From a virus, in the IMG/VR virus record IMGVR_UViG_3300031857_016023, positions 32,001 to 96,000 of that record: DNA of 64,000 nt; one strand, 5' to 3'. The notes below the pieces were generated by a model. It was not told where the DNA came from and made no database searches. It was given only the letters and a program-made list of their open reading frames with translations. Positions 17,382 through 27,931 of the stretch are shown here, one piece after another (within the stretch, counting starts at the first letter, position 1; each line of letters begins with the position of its first letter). The position numbers and the translations under genes are program-made.

Positions 17382-18719
17382 TTACATTAGGTTAGCAATC
17401 TGGAATGCACGATAGTAGAAGTTGGACTGTGCTGTCAAAGCGCCTGAACCAACATTTGTACCTTCTGCAAACGGATTAGCAACTAGACCGTAACGAGTCT
17501 TGAAGCCAATTTTTGGTTGGAAAGTACCTGTATCTACTGCACGAACCATTTGCAGCGGAACATATGGGCAGTAGAAAATACCTGCGTCATATGCATTAGA
17601 TCCTTTGTAGCCGAGAACAGCAAACTCGGAAGTCGAGGACGTTGGAGCATACGGATCGATATACACTTTGATACGACCAAACAGCGTACCAGCAAATGTA
17701 TTGCCAGTATCATCAACTGTCAGGTTAACTTGACCTTGCAGAGCAGATTGATAGTCGAGGATGCCAGCCATTGCAAGAGCAGAAGCAACATCAGACGAGC
17801 AAATCATAACATTACCTTTACCTCTACGAGTCGTTTTAGCAATTGTATTAGCTTCACGCTCGAGTTGGAAAGCAAGACCTTTAACTTTTTCAACCATCCA
17901 ACGACCGTTTGAATCGGTGTCGAGGTCAAATTTACCAGCAGTAGTAGTACCTACTTGGCAACCAATCTTAGCTACACCGTAGATTGTACGGATAACTTCA
18001 CGATTGATTTCAGCAAGAATTTCTGTAGACAGAATGTTTGCGAGCTCGGTTTCTGCATCGAGACCATGAACTGCTTTCAGGTCTTGTGCAAGTTCCATCG
18101 AGTATTCTGCTTTGAGAGCACGGGTCTTTGCAGTAACCGTAACTTTCTCAATTGAGAATGCCATTTCTTGGAATGTGTTAGCAGCTTGGCCATCACCAAG
18201 AGCCTCACCACGAGCTGTTGTCATAGCAGCAACAGCAGCAGCGTTAGAAGTAAATACTTCAGTTGGCAAAGTGCCAGTAGAGATAGCTGTTTGTGCGGTA
18301 CCAAGACCAGCAAAACCGGTATTAGCTTCGTTGTAGAAAGCCTCTGTGCCGCCTTGCGTTGCATAACGGGAACGCATAGCGAAGATCAGTCCTGTAGGAC
18401 CAGTCATCGGCTGAACTCCTGCAACATCATAAGCAATCAGGTTTGGCAGCGAACGGCGAACCAACGAGATAAGGATTGGGTCGAAACCAGCAACTGGAGT
18501 TGTAGCAGAACCAGAGAAACCGGTCTGTGTACCACCAGCAGATGCTGAGTTAGTTGGCGTGGCTTCCATAAGGATGCCAGAAGCCTTTTGCATTTCTTGA
18601 GCTTGATTCTCAAGAATAACAGCCGTAACGGCTTTACGATATGGATCTTTAATAGACGGCAGATCTGCGTGATCTAGAACGCCTTCCCATTTCTTTTGTA
18701 GATTTTCGGACAAATACAT
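17382..18719 (-). CDS. gp23: Major capsid protein
   Basis: FDPILISLVRR, GVQPMTGPTGLIFAMR, RALKAEYSMELAQDLKAVHGLDAE, FQPKIGFKTRYG. Confidence 0.99.
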   Translation of the reverse strand: MYLSENLQKKWEGVLDHADLPSIKDPYRKAVTAVILENQAQEMQKASGILMEATPTNSASAGGTQTGFSGSATTPVAGFDPILISLVRRSLPNLIAYDVAGVQPMTGPTGLIFAMRSRYATQGGTEAFYNEANTGFAGLGTAQTAISTGTLPTEVFTSNAAAVAAMTTARGEALGDGQAANTFQEMAFSIEKVTVTAKTRALKAEYSMELAQDLKAVHGLDAETELANILSTEILAEINREVIRTIYGVAKIGCQVGTTTAGKFDLDTDSNGRWMVEKVKGLAFQLEREANTIAKTTRRGKGNVMICSSDVASALAMAGILDYQSALQGQVNLTVDDTGNTFAGTLFGRIKVYIDPYAPTSSTSEFAVLGYKGSNAYDAGIFYCPYVPLQMVRAVDTGTFQPKIGFKTRYGLVANPFAEGTNVGSGALTAQSNFYYRAFQIANLM

Positions 18720-18743
18720 TTAAATCTCCTTAATTGTTATTAC

Positions 18744-19799
18744 TTAAATTTTTGTTTTAGAAATTGCTTGGGATACTGCTGCAACGAATGGGTCAGCAAT
18801 GACTTTCTTCTCGCCTTCAGCATCTTCTACTTTTTCGTGCAGTTGCTCTTCATCTGCTTTTTTAACGCCAGATGGGAAATAGTTCTCACGAATTGTTTCA
18901 AGCTTCTCTTTGTATTCTTCCTCTGTGGAGAATTCAACACTCTCTGCGAGCTGTTTTACTTTTTCAGCTTGTGTGGTTGTGAGGCCTTCAGTAACTTCAC
19001 GGGTAATTTCATTCTTGCGGGACTCTACGAGAGCCTTGGCAAAACCAATGCCACGCTCAATTTCTTCGTTGAGTTTGCTTTCGAGTTCATCAACTTTACC
19101 AGCAAGCTCATCAACGAGGTCAACCTTCTCAGCAGGAACATCGATATAATGCTCAGCAAAGAGGTTACGCAGACCAGCAATGAATTCTTCGGTGAGTTCA
19201 GAACGGAGTCCCGACTCAATTGCAATTTCGTTATCTGCCAACCATTGCTCAACAACATAGTTGAGGTAGTCATCTACTTTGGTTGTCAGATCAGATTTGA
19301 TTTGATCGACTGCTTCGGAAAGCATATCAGCATATTTTGCTTCAGTTTCTTCCTGAATTTGAGCAACACGATCAGCAACCCGTGCTTCAAAAATGGTAGA
19401 AACTTTTGATTTGAATTCTTCAGAAATGGTAGAATCATCTGCAAAGAGGGCATCAACATCCTCTTTCATTTTCTTCTTCTTCATTTCTTCTTTATCATCT
19501 TCGTCTTCCATTTCATGGGACTTTTCAGCGATGATTTCTTCTTCGGTTTCAGCTTGTTCTTTTTTCATCTTAAGCTGAGTATCTGGAGAAGCATTAGAAG
19601 CTTTGGTTGTTGGTGCCGTAGCACTCTTAGACGATGGTGTAATCTTTGCAGAATCATCATCGGGTTTTGAATTTTGTGGTGTTGGGCCGCCAGCATCGTG
19701 AATCTCTGCTGCTAGTTTTTCAGCAGGCATAGCTGTAGCTTTGCTTTTTGATCCTGACAGGATCTCTGCTGCGGCTTCCATGAGTTTTGATGTTGCCAT
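18744..19799 (-). CDS. gp22: Prohead core scaffold protein
   Basis: SEEFKSKVSTIFEA, KVDDYLNYVVEQW, LFAEHYIDVP; synteny. Confidence 0.93.
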   Translation of the reverse strand: MATSKLMEAAAEILSGSKSKATAMPAEKLAAEIHDAGGPTPQNSKPDDDSAKITPSSKSATAPTTKASNASPDTQLKMKKEQAETEEEIIAEKSHEMEDEDDKEEMKKKKMKEDVDALFADDSTISEEFKSKVSTIFEARVADRVAQIQEETEAKYADMLSEAVDQIKSDLTTKVDDYLNYVVEQWLADNEIAIESGLRSELTEEFIAGLRNLFAEHYIDVPAEKVDLVDELAGKVDELESKLNEEIERGIGFAKALVESRKNEITREVTEGLTTTQAEKVKQLAESVEFSTEEEYKEKLETIRENYFPSGVKKADEEQLHEKVEDAEGEKKVIADPFVAAVSQAISKTKI

Positions 19800-19821
19800 T
19801 AGGAATCTCCTTATGATTTCT

Positions 19822-19829
19822 TATTTATA
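19822..19829 (-). promoter_or_regulatory. T4 late promoter
   Basis: Exact TATAAATA upstream of gp22. Confidence 0.85.
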
Positions 19830-19832
19830 AAA

Positions 19833-20483
19833 TTAAAGTTTTCTGAGGTAATTTTCGAATAATTTAAGAGCGGTTTCCTCTATTTTTGCCTTAGAAACCC
19901 TCTGAATTGTTTTCTTTGTACGGTCAAAATCCGCCTCTACAAATTTGCCGTCAATCATCATCCATTCTTTGTTTTCCATAATGCCTTGAACAAATGCACC
20001 AGGTGCAGATGGATCGGCAACAATGTCAGCTGCCGTGGCCAGTCGCAGATCGTCTTGTACCAAATTATAACCCTCTTTGGTCTGTTGTAGAGAACCAAGA
20101 GCTCTGGAAGATACACCAACTTGAATGTCATTGTTGATAAAGTTCTCAACGATTTGACCGTATGGTGTGCCAAGAATAAGTGCTTTGCCATAGAAAGTGT
20201 TGCCATCTTCTTTTAGAGATACAATCTTATGTGATACACGCTCAAGGTTAATTGATGGTGTATCTGGATGACCTAGTTCACCAAGCGCACGATTGGTGTC
20301 AATGAATTCTTCTGTATAACGAGTAACTTCATTACGAAGTGTGTCCATTTTATACATGCGATTGTTCTTGTTAACTGCATCGCCAACAAGAAATGTTCCT
20401 TCAATGTAAAGTTTTTTCTTACCATCTTCTGTTTTTTCAACAAGGTATTTTACATTTTCTATGGATTCTCTAATAAGTTTCAT
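19833..20483 (-). CDS. gp21: Prohead protease
   Basis: ALGELGHP, GVSSRALGS, DIVADPSAPGAFV. Confidence 0.97.
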   Translation of the reverse strand: MKLIRESIENVKYLVEKTEDGKKKLYIEGTFLVGDAVNKNNRMYKMDTLRNEVTRYTEEFIDTNRALGELGHPDTPSINLERVSHKIVSLKEDGNTFYGKALILGTPYGQIVENFINNDIQVGVSSRALGSLQQTKEGYNLVQDDLRLATAADIVADPSAPGAFVQGIMENKEWMMIDGKFVEADFDRTKKTIQRVSKAKIEETALKLFENYLRKL

Positions 20484-20842
20484 ATTGTTTGTCCTGTATA
20501 TGGGTCAACATTATATGTGGCTTCTTTTGAAACTTCCAAGAAAATAGTTCCGCCTGTACCAATTGTAACAACTATATTTCCAGTATTGTTGCTAGTAATA
20601 GCACCACCAAATTCATCAAATCTCATTTCACCAGATTGATGTAAACTTAATGCTGTTACACCGCCTCTAGCTACTGAGATACTGCCACTTGTTGACCAAG
20701 TTACTCTTTTGATCGCTGCATTTGTTACCAATTCTGTAGTAGCATTTGATCTTAAATCGTTAAGTGTAATTGTATAGGTGCCAGCATCAACAGCTCGAAT
20801 GATTGATGGCCCTCTTGTAGAATTATTAATATATGCTGGCAT
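20480..20842 (-). CDS. Hypothetical beta-rich protein in the head cluster
   Basis: Tightly coupled ORF between gp68-like and gp21. Confidence 0.7.
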   Translation of the reverse strand: MPAYINNSTRGPSIIRAVDAGTYTITLNDLRSNATTELVTNAAIKRVTWSTSGSISVARGGVTALSLHQSGEMRFDEFGGAITSNNTGNIVVTIGTGGTIFLEVSKEATYNVDPYTGQTI

Positions 20843-20843
20843 T

Positions 20844-21281
20844 TTATCTTAGTCCCATTGATGTTCGCCTACGCATTGACATTTTTCTTTTCAATAAGCT
20901 TCGGCGAAGTTTAGCTCTTCTAGTTGTTTTCCATGATCGCTTTAATAAGCGAGCCTTCCTTAATCTTGCAGCTGCAGGTATACGGCGAACAGTATTACCT
21001 ACAATCCTATAACCTTTAATGCCTGACCGTCTTTTATTTTTCTGAACAACTATACGGCCTTTTGCATTACGCCGAATACGCCGGCGAATTTTTTGTATTC
21101 TACCTTGACGAATGATATTAGGATTTCTCCTAACTGCTTCATCGAGTTCTTCAAAAACATCTGCTTGCACATAACGCTTTGCTTCTTGCAACCGTTTACC
21201 GGCAATTTCATTTAAGCGAGAACGCAATTGTTCTCTTGCCTCATCTAATTTACCAGATACAATTAAATCTATAAAATTCAT
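20844..21281 (-). CDS. gp68: Basic prohead core protein, gp68-like
   Basis: Arg/Lys-rich, C-terminal KRKMSMRRRTSMGL; position. Confidence 0.65.
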   Translation of the reverse strand: MNFIDLIVSGKLDEAREQLRSRLNEIAGKRLQEAKRYVQADVFEELDEAVRRNPNIIRQGRIQKIRRRIRRNAKGRIVVQKNKRRSGIKGYRIVGNTVRRIPAAARLRKARLLKRSWKTTRRAKLRRSLLKRKMSMRRRTSMGLR

Positions 21282-22090
21282 TTTGCTCTACTAAAAGCAA
21301 AGTCAGAAGCTTTTGCTAAGTGTGCAGGCGATTTATGAACCATATCCGCAAACTTCTTTTTGTTATCATCATTCAAAGCTTTATGTACTTGCGTAATAGC
21401 AGAAGCTGTAAAATGGTCTACCTTCTTTGATTGACCATTACCAAATTTAACTGTTTGTGCCTGTTTATCAGCAACAATTTTATGAAGCTGATCCATAACA
21501 GCTTCTTCTATTTGTGTTTCTTCTGCCTGTATAGCAGCACCAAGAGGGCCGCCATACGGTACAGAGAAATACTTATCTAATGTTTTACTGTAATACAACG
21601 CAACTTTTGTTTTATCAGGATACAATCTGATGGCTCTGCGTTTCAAAACCAAAACAAAAGGTGGGTCATTATCAAAATCTACTGGTGCTTCAACTAATTC
21701 AAAATCTTCTTTAATATCTTTTTCAACACCGTAAGCAAGATCACCTATTTTAATACGATGTGCTCTTACTTTACGGCCAGAAGGACCAACTTTAAAATCT
21801 GATGTGTCAACAACATCTTCTTCTAGTTCTTCTTTTACTGCCTGTCTTGTCTTTTGAAAAACTTGTTTATTATTGGCAATTAAATCTACCATACGATTAA
21901 ACAAATTTCTCACAATCTCTTTATCAGCATTATTGAACTGTGGCCGCTCTTCGGTCATCTTATCCAAAATGCGATGAATTCGTGCCAGTTGTGCCTTATT
22001 GGCAAGACCAGCACGAACAAGCATATCAAACTTTGTGTAGTCTGACTTTTCTTCTTCTACAAGATTACGAAATTCTTGTAAATCTTTCAT
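21278..22090 (-). CDS. Hypothetical head-cluster protein
   Basis: Coupled ORF between the gp67-like and gp68-like genes. Confidence 0.7.
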   Translation of the reverse strand: MKDLQEFRNLVEEEKSDYTKFDMLVRAGLANKAQLARIHRILDKMTEERPQFNNADKEIVRNLFNRMVDLIANNKQVFQKTRQAVKEELEEDVVDTSDFKVGPSGRKVRAHRIKIGDLAYGVEKDIKEDFELVEAPVDFDNDPPFVLVLKRRAIRLYPDKTKVALYYSKTLDKYFSVPYGGPLGAAIQAEETQIEEAVMDQLHKIVADKQAQTVKFGNGQSKKVDHFTASAITQVHKALNDDNKKKFADMVHKSPAHLAKASDFAFSRAK

Positions 22091-22290
22091 TCTTCTGCGG
22101 CAGTTTCTTCTGTATCTTGTACTTCAGGCTCTGAGGTTTCTTCTTCGCCTGTAAATAGTGTTTGTGCCATTTCAATTTTTTTAGCATCAAGTGCTTCAAA
22201 AGCTTTAGCAGCTAAAAGATCATTTAGCAAATCTTTTGCACTCGCAGCATCACCTGCTGCAACTTGATTAATAAATGTTTGCGTATCCAT
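22087..22290 (-). CDS. gp67: Small acidic prohead core protein, gp67-like
   Basis: Follows the portal gene; ALDAKKIEMAQTLF plus acidic tail. Confidence 0.6.
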   Translation of the reverse strand: MDTQTFINQVAAGDAASAKDLLNDLLAAKAFEALDAKKIEMAQTLFTGEEETSEPEVQDTEETAAEE

Positions 22291-22302
22291 AGTATTCTCC
22301 GT

Positions 22303-23958
22303 TTAGCGCCTATTTAGTAATGCTGAATATTTTTCTACCTCAGCATCTAACATTGGTGTCATTGATTCATTTGCAGCACCAGTATTATCTTCTGGTGGGT
22401 ACTGTTGTTCCATTGCCTGTTGTTGTGCTTGTGCTTCAGGCGGCATTGTTGGTCCACCATTACCTGCATCCGACTCTTGTTTGATTTGTTCATCAATAGC
22501 TTCAATTTCTTCTTGTGTTTGTTGAAGAATATGTTTACGAACCCATTCAGCAGAGAAGTAACGACCAACATATGGATCAACAACTTGAAGTGTTTGAACA
22601 CGATTCTGTAAAAGCTCTGCATCACGCAGTTCAGTAAAGTTATTATCTTTTACATAATCATAATAGATTTGTTCTTTAAAATTTTGCCATTCTTCTCTAG
22701 TACAAATACCTTTAAGAACTAATTGTTTCTCTAAAGCGTGGTCAAAAATTTGTGAGAATTTATTGCGTAGACGAATGATGAATTTAAGAAACTTAACCTC
22801 ATCACGGGTAACCTCAGTTGTACGACCAAGACCAATCATACCACCTTGTTGTGGTTCTAAACGACTGATAGGTACATTAAGTGATTGTAGAAGTTTTTGA
22901 CGGAAGTATTTTACATCTTCCAACTCACCAAGGTTTTGGCCTGCTGGTAATGTGGTAATCTCTGTGCCTTTACCACCTTCACGGCGTGGTAACCAAAAAT
23001 CTTCAAGCATCGAGAGATGTTTACGATCATCACGCAACTCACCAGTGTTCGCATCGTAAACCATTTTGTTACGATATTTGACCATGATCGATTGAATATA
23101 CTGTTCAGCCTTACCTCTTGGTAAATTACCTACATCAATATAAAATATACGGCGTTCTGGTGCTCGTGAGAGGCGATAGATTACAACCGCATCTTCAATC
23201 ATTCTTAACTGATTAAGTGGCTTTATCGCCTTATGAAGAAAAGAAATAACAAATGTGTTTTTGGCATCCATCAAACCAGAGTTTACATTTACAATCGCAT
23301 CTGGTGCAATACGAAGGCCAGAGTTTACTGATGCACCATAAGATTGTGTTGCAGTACCACGATCACTATAAACATAATACTCAGCAATCGATTTGATAAT
23401 GTCTGCACCAGTTTTTGGGTCACGTTCTTTTTTAACTTCACGCACTTTACGAATCTTGCGTGGGTCGATGTACCGTAGTTCTTGTATGCCTGATTTTGGA
23501 TCGTTTTCGTCTACAACCACATGGTAGTAAATACGACCATCAATATACCAACGCTTAAACAGGTCATCTGAAAGATTACCAAAGTTTAGCATACGAAGAA
23601 TGTTTTCGAATTCTTCCGTAATTTTTTTCTTAACTGCATCTGGTTGTTTCAGTTTATCTAATACGATATTGACTGTACGACCAGATTCATCGTGTGAAAT
23701 GGCTTCATTGACAATATCATCAATTGCCATTTCTAATTCTGGATGATTTGCCATTTCACGGTACCGAGTAATGAGTTCTAATTCATTACGAATAGAACCT
23801 TCTAGGTCAACATATGTACCGTAATAGGCATTTTGTGTGATTGTAACTGCACCATCATCGAGTGCAGGAGTTGGAAGTGCAAAAGAGGGTTGCTCAGGTG
23901 ATTGAACCTGAACAACATCTTTTTTGCCTAGGGTGAAGCCGAAGAGCTTAATAGCCAT
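22303..23958 (-). CDS. gp20: Portal vertex protein
   Basis: WYIDGRIYYH, YRLSRAPERRIFYIDVGNLP, EDFWLPRREGGKGTEI. Confidence 0.98.
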   Translation of the reverse strand: MAIKLFGFTLGKKDVVQVQSPEQPSFALPTPALDDGAVTITQNAYYGTYVDLEGSIRNELELITRYREMANHPELEMAIDDIVNEAISHDESGRTVNIVLDKLKQPDAVKKKITEEFENILRMLNFGNLSDDLFKRWYIDGRIYYHVVVDENDPKSGIQELRYIDPRKIRKVREVKKERDPKTGADIIKSIAEYYVYSDRGTATQSYGASVNSGLRIAPDAIVNVNSGLMDAKNTFVISFLHKAIKPLNQLRMIEDAVVIYRLSRAPERRIFYIDVGNLPRGKAEQYIQSIMVKYRNKMVYDANTGELRDDRKHLSMLEDFWLPRREGGKGTEITTLPAGQNLGELEDVKYFRQKLLQSLNVPISRLEPQQGGMIGLGRTTEVTRDEVKFLKFIIRLRNKFSQIFDHALEKQLVLKGICTREEWQNFKEQIYYDYVKDNNFTELRDAELLQNRVQTLQVVDPYVGRYFSAEWVRKHILQQTQEEIEAIDEQIKQESDAGNGGPTMPPEAQAQQQAMEQQYPPEDNTGAANESMTPMLDAEVEKYSALLNRR

Positions 23959-23980
23959 TAATATATCATCCTATAAAAGT

Positions 23981-24004
23981 GAAGAAAGGCCGAAGCCTTT
24001 CTTC
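23981..24004 (-). terminator. UUCG-tetraloop hairpin/terminator after gp19
   Basis: GAAGAAAGGC-TTCG-GCCTTTCTTC followed by ACTTTT. Confidence 0.8.
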
Positions 24005-24550
24005 TTACACTACACCGTCTGCTACTGATTCCCACCATTGATAGGTGAGAGTAACTGAAAACTCCTCAATTGTATCATTTGAACCCCAATCAACATCAAT
24101 TGGAGTAACATCGCTTGGAAAGAGTCCAACAAACTTGTATTTCTTTAGAGTGTTGCCTGTTTTACCAAACTGCGTAACATCACCATCAACAGTATAACCA
24201 AGTGGTGAAAGTGCAGCTGGGGTGCGAACATTAAGATTGTGTGAATTGATGCCGTTCATCCAACGCTCAAATGCGTTACGAATAACGAAATCTTCATCAT
24301 TGATAACCGTAATTGTCCAGTCAGCAAATGTTCTGTTACCTACAAATTTGAGTTCACGACCAAAGTATTGAACAGGCACAACACCTAGCGTAGCGCCAGG
24401 TAATTGTGCTGTCTTACACATGAATGTTAATTTTGTTTGTGCGTTACCTGGTGCAGAGAAACCAGGGAACGGCATAGAAACTTCAAACAGATTAGGACGA
24501 GCACCGTCTCCAATCATTTGACTTCTAAATTCGTTTACATTAAATGCCAT
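24005..24550 (-). CDS. gp19: Tail tube protein
   Basis: GARPNLFEV, GNRTFADWTITVINDEDF, IEEFSVTL. Confidence 0.97.
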   Translation of the reverse strand: MAFNVNEFRSQMIGDGARPNLFEVSMPFPGFSAPGNAQTKLTFMCKTAQLPGATLGVVPVQYFGRELKFVGNRTFADWTITVINDEDFVIRNAFERWMNGINSHNLNVRTPAALSPLGYTVDGDVTQFGKTGNTLKKYKFVGLFPSDVTPIDVDWGSNDTIEEFSVTLTYQWWESVADGVV

Positions 24551-24573
24551 TTAATTTTCTCCCGTTTCTCTAT

Positions 24574-26250
24574 TTAGAACTGTCCTACAACCTCATCAAA
24601 CGAAACACCTGTGCGAACGGCCACAAAGTTAAGTTGAATGAAGTTGATCGAACGAGCAGGTTTAATATAAATGTCACCAACAAATTCGTTCCGGTCAATA
24701 ACTTCACCGGTATTATTTGTTTCATCGCAAACAACACGGAAGTCTGTGATACCACGGCGACCTTGTACATCACGCAAGAATGGTTCTACGAGCGCTACAA
24801 ACTGAGCACGGGTAAATTGATCATTAAATTCGAATAGAGAGAAGCGGGCTGCACGAGCAATTGCTTTCTCCAGAACAATGAATAGTCGGCGAACATTAAT
24901 GCGGTCAAACGCAGATGGTTTACTTAACATTGTTTTATCGCCAAACAGAACCGTACCTTCACCTTGGAAAGAAACAATTGGATTAATTCCTTTTACATAT
25001 AAGTCATCACGGTTTGTTTTGGTTGGATTGTAGGCCAACTTAATAACATTTTTTAAAATACCACGATTTAGTCCACCAGGTGAGAACCAAGGATCACGTT
25101 CTAAATCTGTACGAGCACAAAGACCAGCAACATCACCATTGCATGGTACCCAACGATACACATCATTGTATTTGTCGTATTGATATTTCCAGTTGCCATC
25201 TAATACTGCATATGAAGATGAAGTAAGAGTATTGCGATAAGCAACTGTATCGGTAACTTCATCACCAGGATTGTTTACACAATCTGCTTTTTCTGGTGAT
25301 AAGAAAACTAAACAATCTTTACGTGATATTGCCATTGAAATCAATGAGTCAGCCAAAGTTTGTTCTGCTGGTCCAGAAATAACTAATGAAATATCTACTG
25401 ATTCAGCAGAATCAAAAGAATCGTAAGCGGTAACTACGTTAGCAGTACCAATTGTGCCATCAACACCACCAGTTAAAGAAACTGTTACATTTGAAGATAG
25501 ATTAGCAAATGCTTTAGCTGAAACCGTTGTTCCCCAATTTGTAGCACCATTTGCTATTGCATGGTCCATCCAGTAAACATATTTTGATTGTGCAGAAATT
25601 ACATTTCTATAATAACTAGAATTACCAGAATCATCTTTTGCATCTGAACCTTTGGATACAAATGCATATTTTTCTAATACAGTACCTTGAGTGCCACTTA
25701 TTAGTCCATCTTCATCAATAACAATTACATGTAATTCATCAAAAGAACCACCTTGTTTTACAGCATAGGCTGAATTAGCTGGTGCTGAAGTAAATTGTGA
25801 AGCATATGTCCAAGTGCTGTAAGTAGCAGCATCGGCCATGGAAACTTTAAGTGAGTTACCTATAGAACCAGCATATCTTGCAGCAAATACACCATAGGCG
25901 TTTGAGGAACCTCCTGCATAGGTATTTTCCCAAGAATCTTCATTTTTAATTAGAATAGCTGTACCACTTGTAGCGTTTTTGCTAGTACCTTCATTTATAG
26001 CTCGAACAACTTTTAAGTTATTTGAATATGCCAAAAAATTTGCAGCAGAGAACCAGTATTCATAATTTGTAGAGTCAGGTTTGCCAAATGTATCAACAAG
26101 ACGGACCTCATCGGAAATAGTGATGATTTCACCAGCTGGACCCCAAGCAAATGGACCGGCAAATGCTCCAATCGAAGTGGAGACTGATGGGACAATTGTA
26201 GTCAGATCGATTTCTGATACATTCACCCCAGCGGATAATTGAAATGCCAT
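24574..26250 (-). CDS. gp18: Contractile tail sheath protein
   Basis: SAGVNVSEIDLT, WFSPGG, FDRINVRRLF, IYIKPARSINFIQLNF. Confidence 0.97.
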   Translation of the reverse strand: MAFQLSAGVNVSEIDLTTIVPSVSTSIGAFAGPFAWGPAGEIITISDEVRLVDTFGKPDSTNYEYWFSAANFLAYSNNLKVVRAINEGTSKNATSGTAILIKNEDSWENTYAGGSSNAYGVFAARYAGSIGNSLKVSMADAATYSTWTYASQFTSAPANSAYAVKQGGSFDELHVIVIDEDGLISGTQGTVLEKYAFVSKGSDAKDDSGNSSYYRNVISAQSKYVYWMDHAIANGATNWGTTVSAKAFANLSSNVTVSLTGGVDGTIGTANVVTAYDSFDSAESVDISLVISGPAEQTLADSLISMAISRKDCLVFLSPEKADCVNNPGDEVTDTVAYRNTLTSSSYAVLDGNWKYQYDKYNDVYRWVPCNGDVAGLCARTDLERDPWFSPGGLNRGILKNVIKLAYNPTKTNRDDLYVKGINPIVSFQGEGTVLFGDKTMLSKPSAFDRINVRRLFIVLEKAIARAARFSLFEFNDQFTRAQFVALVEPFLRDVQGRRGITDFRVVCDETNNTGEVIDRNEFVGDIYIKPARSINFIQLNFVAVRTGVSFDEVVGQF

Positions 26251-26297
26251 GGATTTCTCCTTTTGTTATCGGGTCAAATTCTTTTCAATTTATAGTG

Positions 26298-26305
26298 TAT
26301 TTATG
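26298..26305 (-). promoter_or_regulatory. Late promoter variant upstream of gp18
   Basis: CATAAATA. Confidence 0.6.
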
Positions 26306-26308
26306 TTT

Positions 26309-27931
26309 TTACAATCTTGACGAAATATAACCTTTTTCCGACCAAACATCACCTGAATCCACAGTAACTTCTGGTTTTAAACCATCATCTATGAATCCAA
26401 CTGGTGCCATATCTTCATCACCAAGCATATCGTTTTCTTCCAAAAGTACCTTACGAATGTCAATATTCGTAGAATCTTTGAAGTATGTCTGTGCGGTAAG
26501 CCACGCAAACAGTACCAGACCCATCACTATGTCGTCATTATTACCTTCTTCAGCCGCATATGAATCCCTTACACGAACAAAAGTATTCAATTCTGCTATT
26601 GTATCAAAGTCTTGGATGAGTAACTTGTCGGACTCAATGAGGGTTTTGAGGTTAGCACAACCAATTTTCTTAACGGTTTTGGTAGTTTTAATGCCAAAAC
26701 CAGAGGACTTTCTAAATCCACCTGAGATTGTTTGACCTTTGATGTGGTGATGATCAATCTTATAAACATATTCATACTCCAAATCATAATGTAAAATATC
26801 TACCACCTGTTGACCCACATTATTCGTTTCAATCAATGCGTAGGCCTCATTGTATCTCTTGCACAGGCTATAAATCACCGTTGGAAAGAACAAAAGTGGC
26901 AACTTGTTATTTCTATATTTAGCGACCTGCCTATAGGGGGTTTCAGTTACATCTAAAACATTAATTGTATGATAGTCTAGGCCAACACCTTCTGAACAAT
27001 CTACGGTGGCAATATACATTCTGCCTTGTTGTGGTTGTTCATAAATGTCCAAGCAATCTTCTTGCCATGGCGGGTCACGAAATGCTAATGACCTTAGTTT
27101 GGCGCCAGTGATCAAAGTGGCAGAAGAACCAATAAACTCCGTTTCAAACTCTTGGCGAAATTGTTCTTCTGAGGTATTACGAATCGTTTCTTCTTTCCAC
27201 TTTGCATCACGACCTGGTACCTGTGACCAATGAATCTCAATTGGTTTATAGAGGCTACGTTTTTCTGTGGCATCCACCCACATCTTATAGAAATGATTGA
27301 GGCCACACGGTGTAGAAACTATAATAACCTTAGAGGTTTGACCAGAAGAAATAACCGGGTAAGTAGATGTGAAGAATTCATCTGCCATATTCTTAGGTAC
27401 GAAAGCAAATTCGTCTAAGAAAATTAAATTGTATGTACCGCCTCGAACACCGGCTGCAGATGTTGCGTATGCAAAAATCTTTGAACCATTTTCTAGTTCA
27501 ATGTTTCTTTTATTCCATGTGATAATACCTTGTTGTAACCACAATGGAAGATATTCGTAAGCCTTTTGAACCCGAGATAGAATCTCTTGTGCTAATTGAC
27601 CTTTGTTAGCAAGAATAGCAATATTGTATTCTTCTTGGAATAAAACACACCACAACATATAACCAACCGTTGTAGTAGTTTTACCAACCTGCCGAGGCAT
27701 TTTACAGATAGAGAAACGATTGGCATGAAAGTCACGCACCATTTCTTCTTGGAAATCCCACATATTAAAAGGAATAAGACCTGAGTCCACATTCACAATT
27801 TTTACATAGGTTTTTATGAAATAAACAGGATCAGAAGCACACTTAATAAACTCTTGTGCTTCTTCTTCGGTAAATGATATAGTAACTCCAACCCTTTTTA
27901 GGTTGGAATTTCCCAAATAACCATCGTTCAT
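26309..27931 (-). CDS. gp17: Terminase large subunit
   Basis: PRQVGKTT, LIFLDEFAF, IVSTPCG, FRQEFE, NDDIVM. Confidence 0.98.
   Translation of the reverse strand: MNDGYLGNSNLKRVGVTISFTEEEAQEFIKCASDPVYFIKTYVKIVNVDSGLIPFNMWDFQEEMVRDFHANRFSICKMPRQVGKTTTTVGYMLWCVLFQEEYNIAILANKGQLAQEILSRVQKAYEYLPLWLQQGIITWNKRNIELENGSKIFAYATSAAGVRGGTYNLIFLDEFAFVPKNMADEFFTSTYPVISSGQTSKVIIVSTPCGLNHFYKMWVDATEKRSLYKPIEIHWSQVPGRDAKWKEETIRNTSEEQFRQEFETEFIGSSATLITGAKLRSLAFRDPPWQEDCLDIYEQPQQGRMYIATVDCSEGVGLDYHTINVLDVTETPYRQVAKYRNNKLPLLFFPTVIYSLCKRYNEAYALIETNNVGQQVVDILHYDLEYEYVYKIDHHHIKGQTISGGFRKSSGFGIKTTKTVKKIGCANLKTLIESDKLLIQDFDTIAELNTFVRVRDSYAAEEGNNDDIVMGLVLFAWLTAQTYFKDSTNIDIRKVLLEENDMLGDEDMAPVGFIDDGLKPEVTVDSGDVWSEKGYISSRL

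Noticed and set aside
3709-27931. Introns, inteins, homing endonucleases or stop-codon reassignment in core genes
   Set aside because: gp46, gp47, uvsW, gp17, gp18, gp20 and gp23 are uninterrupted under the standard code.
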